From: Eledone cirrhosa
Taxonomy: Eukaryota
DNA: 56,796 nt
Direction: 5' to 3'
Assembly: GCA_964016885.1 (NCBI GenBank)
Contig: CAXHJY010001270.1
Span: forward strand, 1-56,796
The position numbers were made by a program, and so were the translations under genes. The notes beneath the pieces are model-generated. The model did no database searches, was not told the origin of the DNA, and saw only the letters and a list, made by a program, of their open reading frames with translations. Below, one piece after another: positions 1-12,687 of this stretch (within the stretch, counting starts at the first letter, position 1; every line of letters starts with the position of its first letter).

Positions 1-118
1 CCGGTAATTCACCAGATCTACCTGTGAGAGTGCCAACTCTGAGCTGCGACGTCTTCATATTCTTGTTCCTTTTCCTGTAGTGCGATTGCTTGAAGACGGT
101 CGGAGGTTTCTTGCACAT
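1..118 (-). mobile_element. 5' start of an RTE LINE ORF (APE endonuclease N-terminus), running out of the window
   Basis: Minus frame reads MCKKP...MKTSQLRVGTLTGRSGELP, matching the RTE APE start LRVGTLNVGTLxGRSGE with one repeat deleted. Confidence 0.55.
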
Positions 119-899
119 GGCCGCACCAGCCACCCCACTACCGTGCACAGCCCTAACATGGTTAGTGTGTTTAGTGTTATTGCTGTTTACGCAGATATTG
201 CGATATATATTTGTTGTTGTGCTCATAATTGTTTTGGCATTAATACACTGGTTGGATGCCCTTCCTAACACCAGTGCCACTTTACAGCATGGACTGGTTG
301 CTTTTATTCATGCCACCAGCACTAGAGAGGATGTCTTACTGGACTCATGGGCTCTCTCTACCCCTCCATTTTACAGCATGGTCATAACAATAATAACAAT
401 AATAATAACACTATTAATAATTATTAATTAATGCAATCGTGCAATGCCTGTGCATGAAGAATATTTTTAAAGTTAGGAAAGACTGTGCACTGAGCCAATC
501 CCACACTCTCGAAGCGACAGTAGCTATAACCTGAAAAGAAGAAAAGATCAATATCATCGGTAACTACTGAGCCGCAGGTTTTATATCAGAGTTAACCCAG
601 TTTCCTGAGATGGCTTCTCCTAGAAGAATGCCCTGACAAGTGCTAGGTGTCCTTCAATCCCAGTGGTTTAAATGCGCGATCGGGTATCCAGCCCGATTAT
701 TTCTATGTCCCCGTGCAAAAACACACACACACACTCATGCATACAAACACACACCCCACTAACTTACACACACACACACTCACATACCAACACTCATGCA
801 TACAAACACACACGCCACTCACACACACACATATATACATATATTACCGTCATTACTGATACAAGATCATGTCAACTGTTGACTTTCGAAAGAGTTTGT

Positions 900-1070
900 A
901 TAATTGAAGCCGTGTTTTACAGCATAGAGCTACGGCCCTCCACGCTCCGGGCTCAAATCACACTGAGGTCAACCCTGTCCTTTATCCTCACGGAGCCGAA
1001 AAAACAAGGTACCAGCAATGCGCTGGGACAATCGCTGCCCTGTGCCAAAAACAGAATAATAATTATTATT
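900..1070 (+). mobile_element. SINE fragment (family also at 7950-8048 and 22165-22298)
   Basis: GGTCAACCCTGTCCTTTATCCTCACGGAGCCG...GTACCAG...CTGTGCC aligns to the reverse complement of 22165-22298; AAT-rich tail. Confidence 0.6.
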
Positions 1071-1200
1071 ATAGTTGTTGTTTTCTTAAGGACCGATCGC
1101 TGGTGATGGTGGTGGCAGTTGATGATGTTGTTTGTTGTTCCTCTTGATGTTAGTGTTCATTTCATTCTGATGCTGTAGACGTTGTTGTTGTTGTAGATGC

Positions 1201-1303
1201 TGTTGTAGACTTTGGGTTGAAATTTGGTCGTTTTGACAGTGATATATATATATATATATATATATCACTGTCAAAACGACCAAATTTCAACCCAAAGTCT
1301 ACA

Positions 1304-1306
<3 letters not shown>
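1201..1306. repeat. 106-bp perfect palindrome centred on (AT)n
   Basis: TGTTGTAGACTTTGGG...GACAGTG(AT)n CACTGTC...CCCAAAGTCTACAACA; a diverged third copy of the arm lies at ~1364-1405. Confidence 0.95.
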
Positions 1307-1336
<30 letters not shown>

Positions 1337-1409
1337 CAGCGGTGTTGTTGTTGTTGTTGTAGATGTAGACATTGGGTTGCAATTTGGTCGTTTTGACTGT
1401 GTGATATAT

Positions 1410-1715
1410 CATCATCATCATCATTTTATGTCCGCTTTTCTCTGCTTGCAAGGGTGGGACTGGAACTGATTCCTACAGCTGGATGCCCTTCCTAACACCA
1501 ACCTCATTTACAGTGAGTGCTGGGTGCTTTTTTTCCGTGGCGCCTCCATGACCACTTTGCAGTAGAATTATAGGGACTCCAGTCTTATCATCTAATTTCT
1601 ACAGCTGAGTAAACTGGAGCAATGTGACAAAGTGTCTTGCTCAAGGAAACAACACATCACCCGGTCTGAGAATTGAACTCAGAACCTTTCGATTGCAAGG
1701 CCAATGCTCTAACAC
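1410..1715 (-). mobile_element. tRNA-derived SINE with RTE-type 3' tail
   Basis: Collinear with 35345-35673; B-box GAGTTCAATTCTC, CCTTGAGCAAGACACT body, (GAT)n tail. Confidence 0.85.
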
Positions 1716-2230
1716 AGAGTAGAGAGTTTTTGGCAACAGGTCAGTGACCTTGTAAATGTGGTGGCGGGGGGGGGGGGGGGGGGGGCAGTGAGATGTATCT
1801 AGTTCATAGTTCATTTGTCCGTTTTCCTCTCTTATCAAAATTTGAATATATATATATATATAAGTATATAACTATATATACTCAACAATGAAATAAAATC
1901 ACCTATCCAAATCTGTATAATCTAACTGGATTAATGAATTAAAAAGTATTAATATGAGGGCTTACTTAACACAACATTTGTGTATTCTTTGAGAGAGATA
2001 TGACAAGACATTTTTTGAGTATGTTTTTCTCGGTGTGGGTAAAGTTAAGTAACATTACAAAATAAATTAAATTAAATTAATATTACGTTTAAAAATATAA
2101 ATAGTAATTGTACCAAATAGAATAAATAAATATAAATAAAAATGCATAAATATAGAAATTAAAATAATAACTAATGTTATAATTCACTATGGCTGCATTT
2201 GGCTACAATGATTAATAACATAGTTTAAGT

Positions 2231-2467
2231 TTAACCATTTATCATTTAAACTGGCTGAATCTGACCAGAGTTCTCTCACTTCTTTCTGTTCAAACCGGCC
2301 ATAACTGTCCACTCATACCAACATTAAGGTATTGTTCTCAAAATAAATATCAAAATCTCATAGATCCGATTTTATATGAGATATTATGTGAGATATTATG
2401 TGAGGTAAAGTCTTTACCATGAACATACAATCGTAAATATAGAGTAATGCAAATGCTAAAGGGTTAA
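2231..2467. mobile_element. piggyBac-like MITE
   Basis: TTAA at both ends; imperfect TIR CCATTTATCATTT / AAATGCTAAAGGG; paralogue at 21978-22357. Confidence 0.7.
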
Positions 2468-2556
2468 ATACTACAAATATAGTATTTGAAAAGCAGCTAT
2501 TTCAGAAAAATTTAAGAAGTTGAGAAAAGATATTAATATTTCTATATATATATATA

Positions 2557-2698
2557 TTTAGTCCAGAATTAGCCATCGAAACGGCTTGAGCTCAGCCGTC
2601 GGGGTCCTACTCGTTCCTATTACCCACTCTACTACCCTAAGTATTGAGTACTTTGGTGCGTTATGGTCCACCTGGTTCCTTACCACATTTCCCTCGTT
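2557..2698 (+). mobile_element. 3' fragment of hammerhead-bearing repeat family D (3' half of ribozyme plus tail hairpin)
   Basis: Near-identical to 50222-50372 and 5242-5304; (AT)n on both sides. Confidence 0.85.
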
Positions 2699-2932
2699 AT
2701 ATATATATATATATATTCCATTTATCAGAGAAAAGAAGAAATTATGAAACTGCTAGGGGAGGCTGCTGATATCATTGACATCGCTTGTCACAAGTTGAAA
2801 ACAAGACTATACAATAAAGAGATTTATTATCCTCTTTTAAATCTATTCCTTCATGTTTACACAGGTAGGAGGATATGATGTTGGAGCAGATATTATATAT
2901 TATCAACAACAATCTAACTTATATAATAGACA

Positions 2933-3022
2933 CAAGCATGGCTGAGTGGTTAAGATATTTGATTTGCCTTCATAAGGTCCTAGTTAGTTTCTACTGCATG
3001 GCAACCTAGGCAAGTGTTTTGA
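2933..3022 (+). mobile_element. Degraded tRNA-derived SINE head
   Basis: TGGCTGAGTGGTTAAG A-box followed by GGCAACCTAGGCAAGTGT body motif. Confidence 0.45.
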
Positions 3023-3764
3023 GTAGATGGAAACTGTATGGAAATCTATCAAGTAGACTGTACTTGTAACTGAAAAGTCCAGTCTGTGACATATTGTGTA
3101 ACACTGATTTGGCTAGACAATTTTCAATAAAAATACACTTGTCTGTGGAATAGTAACTTACACAGTAACTCATGATTTGGATGCTGAGTTTATCGTATAA
3201 CTGAAAGTTTATTGTTAATACTAACAGAAGAGCTCTCACCATAGAAGATTCAACATTAGAGTACAAATGTAGAACCCAAGGAAACTAGAGATATACTTAT
3301 TTAGCTTAGTAATATCTTATGTATGTATGTATGTAGTAGCTAATGGAAATAGCACAACCCATTCAACGAAATGTAGGTTGTCATATACTGAAAGAGATAT
3401 TCTACCTCATCGGGAGCAGCTTGTGGGTAGCAAGCTTTTTCCCAATAGTGGTGAGTAGAGAGGTGGCTTGGAGACTCAGAGCATCAGAAGTCTCCATCCC
3501 TCTAGGCTCAGGAAAAAGTTGATACTTCAGCAGCTTGCAATCTTCAGCTAGTCAGGCAATGAAACTAGGGTATGATGCTAAATTCACCAGGTTGCTGCTT
3601 AAGATAGTGTCACTGCATCATTACATATCCCATCCCAGGTAAGGGTCCTACCACCACAGAAAAGGAAGATTATGTTTTGCTTACTCATATGTATTGCCAC
3701 CAAGTACAGGGATTTCGAATTAAGAAATGCAACAAGTAAAAAGAAAATTTGAATTGTAACCAAC

Positions 3765-3891
3765 CTGAATCACTACCACTATCAGATACCCGTCTTCTTG
3801 CACGTCTAGGTCTTTGGCGCTGCGCCAAGGAACTCTTCCTGCGAAGAAGAAGCTTATGTCGGGCGGTTTCATTGTTCAATGTCTCAGTCAC
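3765..3891 (-). CDS. Probable 127-bp internal exon of a host gene (VTETLNNETARHKLLLRRKSSLAQRQRPRRARRRVSDSGSDS)
   Basis: Acceptor TCTTTCCAG at 3892-3900, donor CAG|GTTGG at 3764, open frame, GC- and CpG-richer than flanks, no TE motif. Confidence 0.6.
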
Positions 3892-4582
3892 CTGGAAAGA
3901 TGTCAATGAATGAATACTGAATGACAGAATGGATTAAATATACAATGAAAGAAAGCAGAAACGAATGAAAGAAGGAGTAAAATATGACTCAAAAGAAGAA
4001 ATAGAAGAATGAAGGAAGACTTGGTGATTCAACAAAAACAGAAACTAGTCTGACGAGCAGATACATGCTGGAGTCAGCTCCATAACTGCTATAGATAACC
4101 TTGAGCCAATCATCTGTGAAGTGAACTTAACAAGTCAATAATCAATAAAAACATAAAACAAAACTTCGTCGTTTTTTTTCTTATAATATATATCAATGAT
4201 GAATGACAATAAATATGTGTGTGAGTGTGTGTGTGCCTGTGAAAAATCAACTAGAGAAGACAATACTATACAATAATGTTATATGAGTTTCATGCTTTAT
4301 AAAGTTGGAAAAGATTCTTAATATTTCAGGTGAGAAAGGGGAAGAAGAAAAGGTGTGTAGGAGAGAAAAGAAAAAAGACAGATATGAGTAAAAAGGTAAA
4401 CAGGTGAAAAACAAGAGAGGTCAACAAGCATAATGTATTGTTAGTCAGCTATCTTGCTTGCAGTGTGTGTGCCTCTGTGGTGTGTGATGATTATATATAT
4501 CATCATATATATATAATATATATATATATAAATAATATATAATTTATATATATATATATCAATAATATATAATAATAATAAT

Positions 4583-5301
4583 AGCCGCCGCCGCCTATTT
4601 TTTTTTTGCACTGGGTGGTTGCTGGCCTTGTGCCTGGGTTAGAAACCTTTATTTCGTATTGGTCTCGGCACTCTGAATTATTATTTTGTGGTAGTTTCTT
4701 TAGTATTTTTGGCCCCCCACTTGTTGACCCGTCACCGTAAGATATACTCGGTTGATTACTTATACCTCTTAAAAGGGCCTCATTATAATTCTGTCCCACC
4801 TAGTAAACCTTTCTTTAGTCTAGCAGTACCAGTGAGAGACTTGATAGCTGTCCTTAGGTTGTAGTAACCAGAAATTGTTTTTTTTACATTTAATTGTTTT
4901 TTTTAACATTCTCGGTATTTTTCTATATATTTACCCCATATTGTTTTACTTATTGTTTCGACGTCCCGCCCCTTCCCCTCCCTAGTATACTTCTCTTGAC
5001 CTCTTATCCTTAGGATTCCGCTGTATTTGGCACTATCAACGCACGACTGGGTTTCCTCCACTCCCTCTCCCTCTTTCTTCTACTGGTAGGTTCAGCTACC
5101 CCTCCCCTCCACAAATTGTCATGATAGAATTATGTGTCTCAACAACAAACCTTTGAGCAATCCTTGTGACAATCACTTTTACCATATATGGAATTACCCC
5201 TGAGAAGCTCGGCTATTCATATACCATGATAAAAATTTTCATTTAGTCCAGAATTAGCCGTCGAAACGGCTTGAGCTCAGCCGTCGGGCTCCTACTCATT
5301 C

Positions 5302-5304
<3 letters not shown>
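4583..5304 (+). mobile_element. Non-coding island between AT tracts: SINE tail plus family D repeat (probable PLE 3'UTR/pLTR)
   Basis: 4877-5304 aligns with 49867-50284; ends in a hammerhead-like motif then (AT)n. Confidence 0.75.
5196..5290 (+). ncRNA. Type-I hammerhead-like motif, family D, non-canonical core CUGAGAA
   Basis: ACCC-CTGAGAA-G..CGGCTA..TAGCCG.C-GAAA-CGGC TTGAGCTCA GCCG-TC-GGG. Confidence 0.7.
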
Positions 5305-5350
<46 letters not shown>

Positions 5351-5555
5351 TATATAATATATATATATAATATATATATATAATATATATATAATATATA
5401 TATAATATATATATATAATATATATATATATAATATATATATAATATATATATAATATATATATATAATATATATATATATAATATATATATAATATATA
5501 TATAATATATATATATAATATATATATAATATATATATATAATATATATATATAT

Positions 5556-5623
<68 letters not shown>

Positions 5624-5698
5624 TATATAATATATATAATATATATATATAATATATATATAATATATATATAATATATATATATATAATATATATAT

Positions 5699-5732
<34 letters not shown>

Positions 5733-6535
5733 TATAATATATATATATATATATATAATATATATATAATATATATAAAATATATAATATATATATAATA
5801 TATATATAATATATATATATAATATATATATATAATATATATATATAATATATATATATAATATATATATATATAATATATATGTATAATATATATATAT
5901 AATATATATATATAATATATATATATAATATATATATATATAATATATATGTATAATATATATATATAATATATATATATAATATATATATATAATATAT
6001 ATATATAATATATATATATAATATATATATATATATAATATATATATAATATATATATATAATATATATATATATAATATATATATATATAATATATATA
6101 TATATAATATATATATAATATATATATAATATATATATATATAATATATATATAATATATATATATAATATATATATATATTATACATATATATTATATA
6201 TATATATTATATATATATTATATATATATATTATATATATATATTATATATATATATTATATATATATATTATATATATATATTATATATATATATTATA
6301 CATATATATTATACATATATATTATACATATATATTATATATATATATTATATATATATATTATATATATATATTATATATATATATTATACATATATAT
6401 TATATATATATATTATATATATATATTATATATATATATTATATATATATATTATATATATATATATATTATATATATATATTATATATATATATTATAT
6501 ATATATATTATATATATATATTATATATATAATAT

Positions 6536-6578
<43 letters not shown>

Positions 6579-6594
6579 ATATATATATATTATA

Positions 6595-6626
<32 letters not shown>

Positions 6627-6673
6627 ATATATATATATATTATATATATTATATATATATTATATATATATAT

Positions 6674-6747
<74 letters not shown>

Positions 6748-6994
6748 ATATATATATATATAATATATATATATAATATATATATATAATATATATATAA
6801 TATATATATAATATATATATATAATATATATATATAATATATATATATAATATATATATAATATATATATATAATATATATATATAATATATATATATAA
6901 TATATATATATATAATATATATATAATATATATATATAATATATATATATAATATATATATATATAATATATATATATAATATTATATATATAT

Positions 6995-7028
<34 letters not shown>

Positions 7029-7048
7029 TATAATATATATATATATAT

Positions 7049-7082
<34 letters not shown>

Positions 7083-7235
7083 TATAATATATATATATAT
7101 ATATAATATATATATAATATATATATTATAATATATATATATATATATAATATATATATAATATATATATATAATATATATATATATAATATATATATAA
7201 TATATATATAATATATATATATATAATATATATAT

Positions 7236-7269
<34 letters not shown>

Positions 7270-7291
7270 TATAATATATATATATATATAT

Positions 7292-7337
<46 letters not shown>

Positions 7338-7870
7338 TATATATATATTATATATATATATAATATATATATAATATATATATATAATATATATATATAT
7401 ATTATATATATATATAATATATATATAATATATATATATAATATATATATATATAATATATAATATATATATATAATATATATATATAATATATATATAT
7501 AATATATATATATAATATATATGTATAATATAAATATATAATATATATATATAATATATATATATAATATATATATATAATATATATATATAATATATAT
7601 ATATAATATATATATATAATATATATATATAATATATATATATAATATATATATATAATATATATATATAATATATATATAATATATATATAATATATAT
7701 ATATAATATATATATATAATATATATATATAATATATATATATAATATATATATATAATATATATATATATATAATAGATATATAATATATATATATAAT
7801 ATATATATAATATATATATATAATATATATATAATATATATATATAATATAATATAAATATATAATATAT

Positions 7871-7904
<34 letters not shown>

Positions 7905-8081
7905 ATATAATATAAATATATAATATATATATATAATATAATATATATAATTGTTTCTACTTTTGGCACAAGGCCAGCAATTACCCAGTGTATTACTGGT
8001 ACTTTATTTTATCGACCCCATAAGGATGAAAGGCAAAGTTAACCTCGATATAATATATATATATAATATATATATATATAT

Positions 8082-8112
<31 letters not shown>

Positions 8113-8845
8113 ATATATATATATATATAATATATATATATATAATATATATATATATAATATATATATATATAATATATATATATAATATATAATATAT
8201 ATATATATAAAATATATATATATAAAATATATATATATAAAATAATATATATATATAATATATATATATATAAAATATATATATATAAAATATATATATA
8301 TAAAAGATATATATATAATATATATATATATATATAAATATAATATATATATATAAAATATATATATATAATATATATATATATAATATATATATATATA
8401 ATATATATATATAAAATATATATATATAATATATATATATATATATAAATATAATATATATATATAAAATATATATATAATATATATATATAATATATAT
8501 ATATATAATATATATAATATATATATAATATATATATATAATATATATATATAATATATATATAATATATAATATATATATATATATAATATATATATAA
8601 TATATATATAATATATATATAATATATATATAATATATATAATATATATATATAATATAATATATAATATATATATATATAATATATATATAATATCATA
8701 TATATAATATATATATAATATATATAATATATATATAATATATATATAATATATATATAATATATATAATATATATAATATATATATAATATATAATAAA
8801 TATATATATAATATATATATATATATCTATATATATATAATATAT
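5305..8845. repeat. (AT)n microsatellite array with periodic AA/TT interruptions
   Basis: Direct reading; orientation flips near 6180 and ~6680-6740. Confidence 0.98.
7950..8048 (-). mobile_element. SINE 3' fragment within the AT array
   Basis: Close match to 22165-22260. Confidence 0.85.
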
Positions 8846-8969
8846 GTAGGAGGTGAGTTTTATTGTAGTACAATAAAGCAATGCAGATATCAGATAAGAA
8901 GCACTCTACAGTTTGTAGGACTGGAGTATGCATAATATAAGATCAAAAGATGGTTAAAGGAGTTCCATG

Positions 8970-9040
8970 TATTTTATTATGCGCATTTCAAAAACAAACA
9001 TCATCATGCAATAATATTTGTGTTTTTATCAGATAAAACA
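8970..9040 (-). ncRNA. Hammerhead family B, core mutated (CUGAUAA)
   Basis: Reverse complement of 10818-10888 with G8>A at 9027. Confidence 0.75.
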
Positions 9041-9806
9041 GGAGAACATGATATGAAGGCTAAAAAACACTTGTGGATAGTGCAGTTTTAAATCTACATA
9101 TGAAAAGTGGTTTTAGATTGATGTGTGATATTGGGAAAAATATTTTATTTAGAGAGAGGGGGGGTGGAAAGGATGAAAAAGGGGGAGGAGATGAGAGGGA
9201 GAGATGGGTGATAGAGAGAAAGAGATAGCTTTTATAACTGAGAGGAGATATACTGTCCCACACAGAGAGGTTGAAAACCGTTGGAAGATAATGTATAAAC
9301 CCCAAAAAAATTTTTTTTTGAAAATCAACGAAAGGAGGATATGTGCGAGGAAAAAGTATTTTATTTAAGGAGGGGGGCTGGAAAGGATGAAAAAAAGGGG
9401 GAGGAGATGAGAGTGAAGGTGGAGAGGGAGAGATGGGCGATAGAGAGAAAGAGATAGTTTTTATAACTGAGAGAAAGATACATTGCCTTACACAGAGAGG
9501 TTGAGAAACCGTTGGAAGATAATGTATAAATTAAAGGAATTTGAAAATTAACGAAGGGAATTTATGTATGAAGATAGAGAGAAGAAATAATAATTGTGGA
9601 TGAATATTCTAACGTCAAAAAAAGGGTATGTTGTGGCAATTTCAAAATTAACGAAGAGAAAAATTATTAAGGTTTGTGTGTAGAAGGATTTGAGAAAAAT
9701 AATGTGAAGTTAAAGTTTGTATATTGGAGGAATTGATAATATATGCGAATAGAGTTAATATGTATTAAGAATGAGTTCGTTGATGGGGAGAAAAAAAGAA
9801 AAAAAA

Positions 9807-9837
<31 letters not shown>

Positions 9838-10817
9838 ATTAAGGATGAAATTCAGATTAAAAAGATTTATGAGAGAGAGAAAAAAATAATGATTGCGGAT
9901 AAATATTCTAACGTCAAAAAAAACAGATGTATATGTTATGAATGATTTTACAAGGTGAAGATAGAGTGAGGGTAATGAGTAAACAAGTATTATAGAGTGT
10001 ATAAAGCCCTTTAAAGTATGGTAGGAAGATGGGTATATTTTAAAGAGATGTATGTATATGTGCCTTTGAGAAAAGATTCTAAATTGATAAAGAATTGAAT
10101 ATTAACTGTATACTTTGTGAAAAGTTCTATGGAATTTATGCAGGCAGATAGAAAACAAATCTGTGCGTCTATTTATTATAGAATCTAGGTTAGAGATAAT
10201 GGTAAATTTTGAAATTGCCACAACATACCCTTTTTTTGACGTTAGAATATTCATCCACAATTATTATTTCTTCTCTCTATCTTCATACATAAATTCCCTT
10301 CGTTAATTTTCAAATTCCTTTAATTTATACATTATCTTCCAACGGTTTCTCAACCTCTCTGTGTAAGGCAATGTATCTTTCTCTCAGTTATAAAAACTAT
10401 CTCTTTTTCTCTATCGCCCATCTCTCCCTCTCCACCTTCACTCTCATCTCCTCCCCCTTTTTTTCATCCTTTCCAGCCCCCCTCCTTAAATAAAATACTT
10501 TTTCCTCGCACATATCCTCCTTTCGTTGATTTTCAAAAAAAAAAATTTGGGGGGGGGTTTATACATTATCTTCCAACGGTTTTCAACCTCTCTGTGTGGG
10601 ACAGTATATCTCCTCTCAGTTATAAAAGCTATCTCTTTCTCTCTATCACCCATCTCTCCCTCTCATCTCCTCCCCCTTTTTCATCCTTTCCACCACCACC
10701 CTTCTCTAAACAAAATATTTTTCCCAATATCACACATCAATCTAAAACCACTTTTCATATGTAGATTTAAAACTGCACTATCCACAAGTGTTTTTTAGCC
10801 TTCATATCATGTTCTCC

Positions 10818-10888
10818 TGTTTTATCTGATGAAAACACAAATATTATTGCATGATGATGTTTGTTTTTGAAATGCGCATAATAAAATA
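10818..10888 (+). ncRNA. Type-I hammerhead ribozyme, family B
   Basis: TGTTTTAT-CTGATGA-long helix II-GAAA-TGCGCA(palindrome)-TA-ATAAAATA; 8-bp helix I. Confidence 0.88.
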
Positions 10889-10978
10889 CATGGAACTCCT
10901 TTAACCATCTTTTGATCTTATATTATATATAATATATATATATATAATATATATATATAAAATATATATATAATATAT

Positions 10979-11012
<34 letters not shown>

Positions 11013-11156
11013 AAATATATATATATATAATATATACATATATATAATATATATATATATAATATATATATATAAAATATATATATATAATATATATATA
11101 TATAATATATATATATATAATATATAAAATATATATATATATAATATATATATATA

Positions 11157-11190
<34 letters not shown>

Positions 11191-11236
11191 ATATACAATA
11201 TTAAATAAATGGAAACTATATTTATAAAACCATATT

Positions 11237-11302
11237 TATTTCATTATATATATTTCAGGGATATCATATTAACAATATGCTATGCCTTCCTCAGACAAAA
11301 TA
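11237..11302 (-). ncRNA. Hammerhead family A (inverted copy)
   Basis: Reverse complement of 12575-12640. Confidence 0.85.
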
Positions 11303-12574
11303 CAATATAAACAGTTTTATAGATAACTAGATTCGACATACCGTAACAACATCGACTTGTATTTGAAAAGGTTGATTTGGCAGTGAAAAAATTGTACACA
11401 GAGAGAAAGATGTGATTTGATAGATAATTGCTAGATGTGATTTGATAGATAATTTTTGGCTTTATCTGTTTTTCGACTCTGATGCTTATAATGAACTTGG
11501 CAATATATTGTCAATTAATTTTGAAGGGTTGATCTTTGTGGTTTATTTTTATTTTTATTATTGTAGTATTTTCTAATATTTTTATTTTTAATATTTTTAA
11601 TATGTAAATTTTTTAATATGTAATATTTTTAATATGTAATATTCTTTCGTAATATTTTTTAGTTTTCTATTTTATTATTACTTATTATTATTATTGTTAT
11701 TTTTTAGTTTTGTTTCTGATATATATTTTTATTAGTATATTGAAATCTGCTCTCTATTTCTGCTTGATAGATAATCTTGTAGAGTAAAGACAGGAATAGT
11801 AATATTGACTCTATATATATTTGTGTGTATATATATACACATATATCTATACTTAAATTTTTATACCACATTGAGAATGTTTTCCGTGAATTTAGGGTTT
11901 GCAGAGTTGATCATGTAGATTCACATAGATGTTTGTAGCTATCACATAAACATATGAATTTTTTTTTTTAAAAACTAAACATAAGATCATTAATTTTCAC
12001 ACATTATGGATACTTGTCTCATTCAGGAATACTGATATTTACAATATAGTGGCTGGTTTTTATAAATACTAATACCTCTACATTAAAACATAGGGTTTTT
12101 TACGTCTCGCCTATATCTGGTTATTTTTAAATTTTTTCTCTCTCTATATTTTTTCTCTCTCTATATAACGGCTGGTTTCTCTCCATATATCTCCCTTACA
12201 TTAATACTAGAGCTAAATAAATAAATAAATAAATAAATGTATCATTGATACGTTTACTCAACAGACGTCCCACTACCTAATTTTCTATATATATATGTAT
12301 CTATCTCTATTTCCTCTCTCTCTCTATATATATATATATCTCTTTCTGTTTCTTTACATGAAGTTCTTCTCTTTATCTATCTTTCCATCTCTCTATTTTG
12401 TTCCATGCATTTCTTCTTTTTCTTCTTTTTCTTCGTTTTCTGTCTTTCTTTCTTTTTTTCTCTCTTTCTTTCTCTCTGTGTACAATTTTTTCACTGCCAA
12501 ATCAACCTTTTCAAATACAAGTCGATGTTGTTACGGTATGTCGAATCTATTTATCTATAAAACTGTTTATATTG

Positions 12575-12640
12575 TATTTTGTCTGAGGAAGGCATAGCAT
12601 ATTGTTAATATGATATCCCTGAAATATATATAATGAAATA
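12575..12640 (+). ncRNA. Type-I hammerhead ribozyme, family A
   Basis: TATTTTGT-CTGAGGA-AGG..CATATT..AATATG..CCT-GAAA-TATATA-TA-ATGAAATA. Confidence 0.85.
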
Positions 12641-12687
12641 AATATGGTTTTATAAATATAGTTTCCATTTATTTAATATTGTAAATA

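Larger units (their letters stand above)
8846..10926 (-). mobile_element. 5'-truncated Penelope-like element, family B, with inverted pLTR copy (arms 8932-9649 and 10205-10926)
   Basis: 10102-10203(-) encodes ..IINRRTDLFSICLHK..*, like the GIY-YIG C-termini of the other PLEs; ~720-bp inverted arms; (AT)n flanks; hammerhead in each arm. Confidence 0.85.

Noticed and set aside
2729-2864. Possible plus-strand exon (RKEEIMKLLGEAADIIDIACHK...)
   Set aside because: Weak acceptor, no recognisable motif, and opposite strand to the better exon candidate
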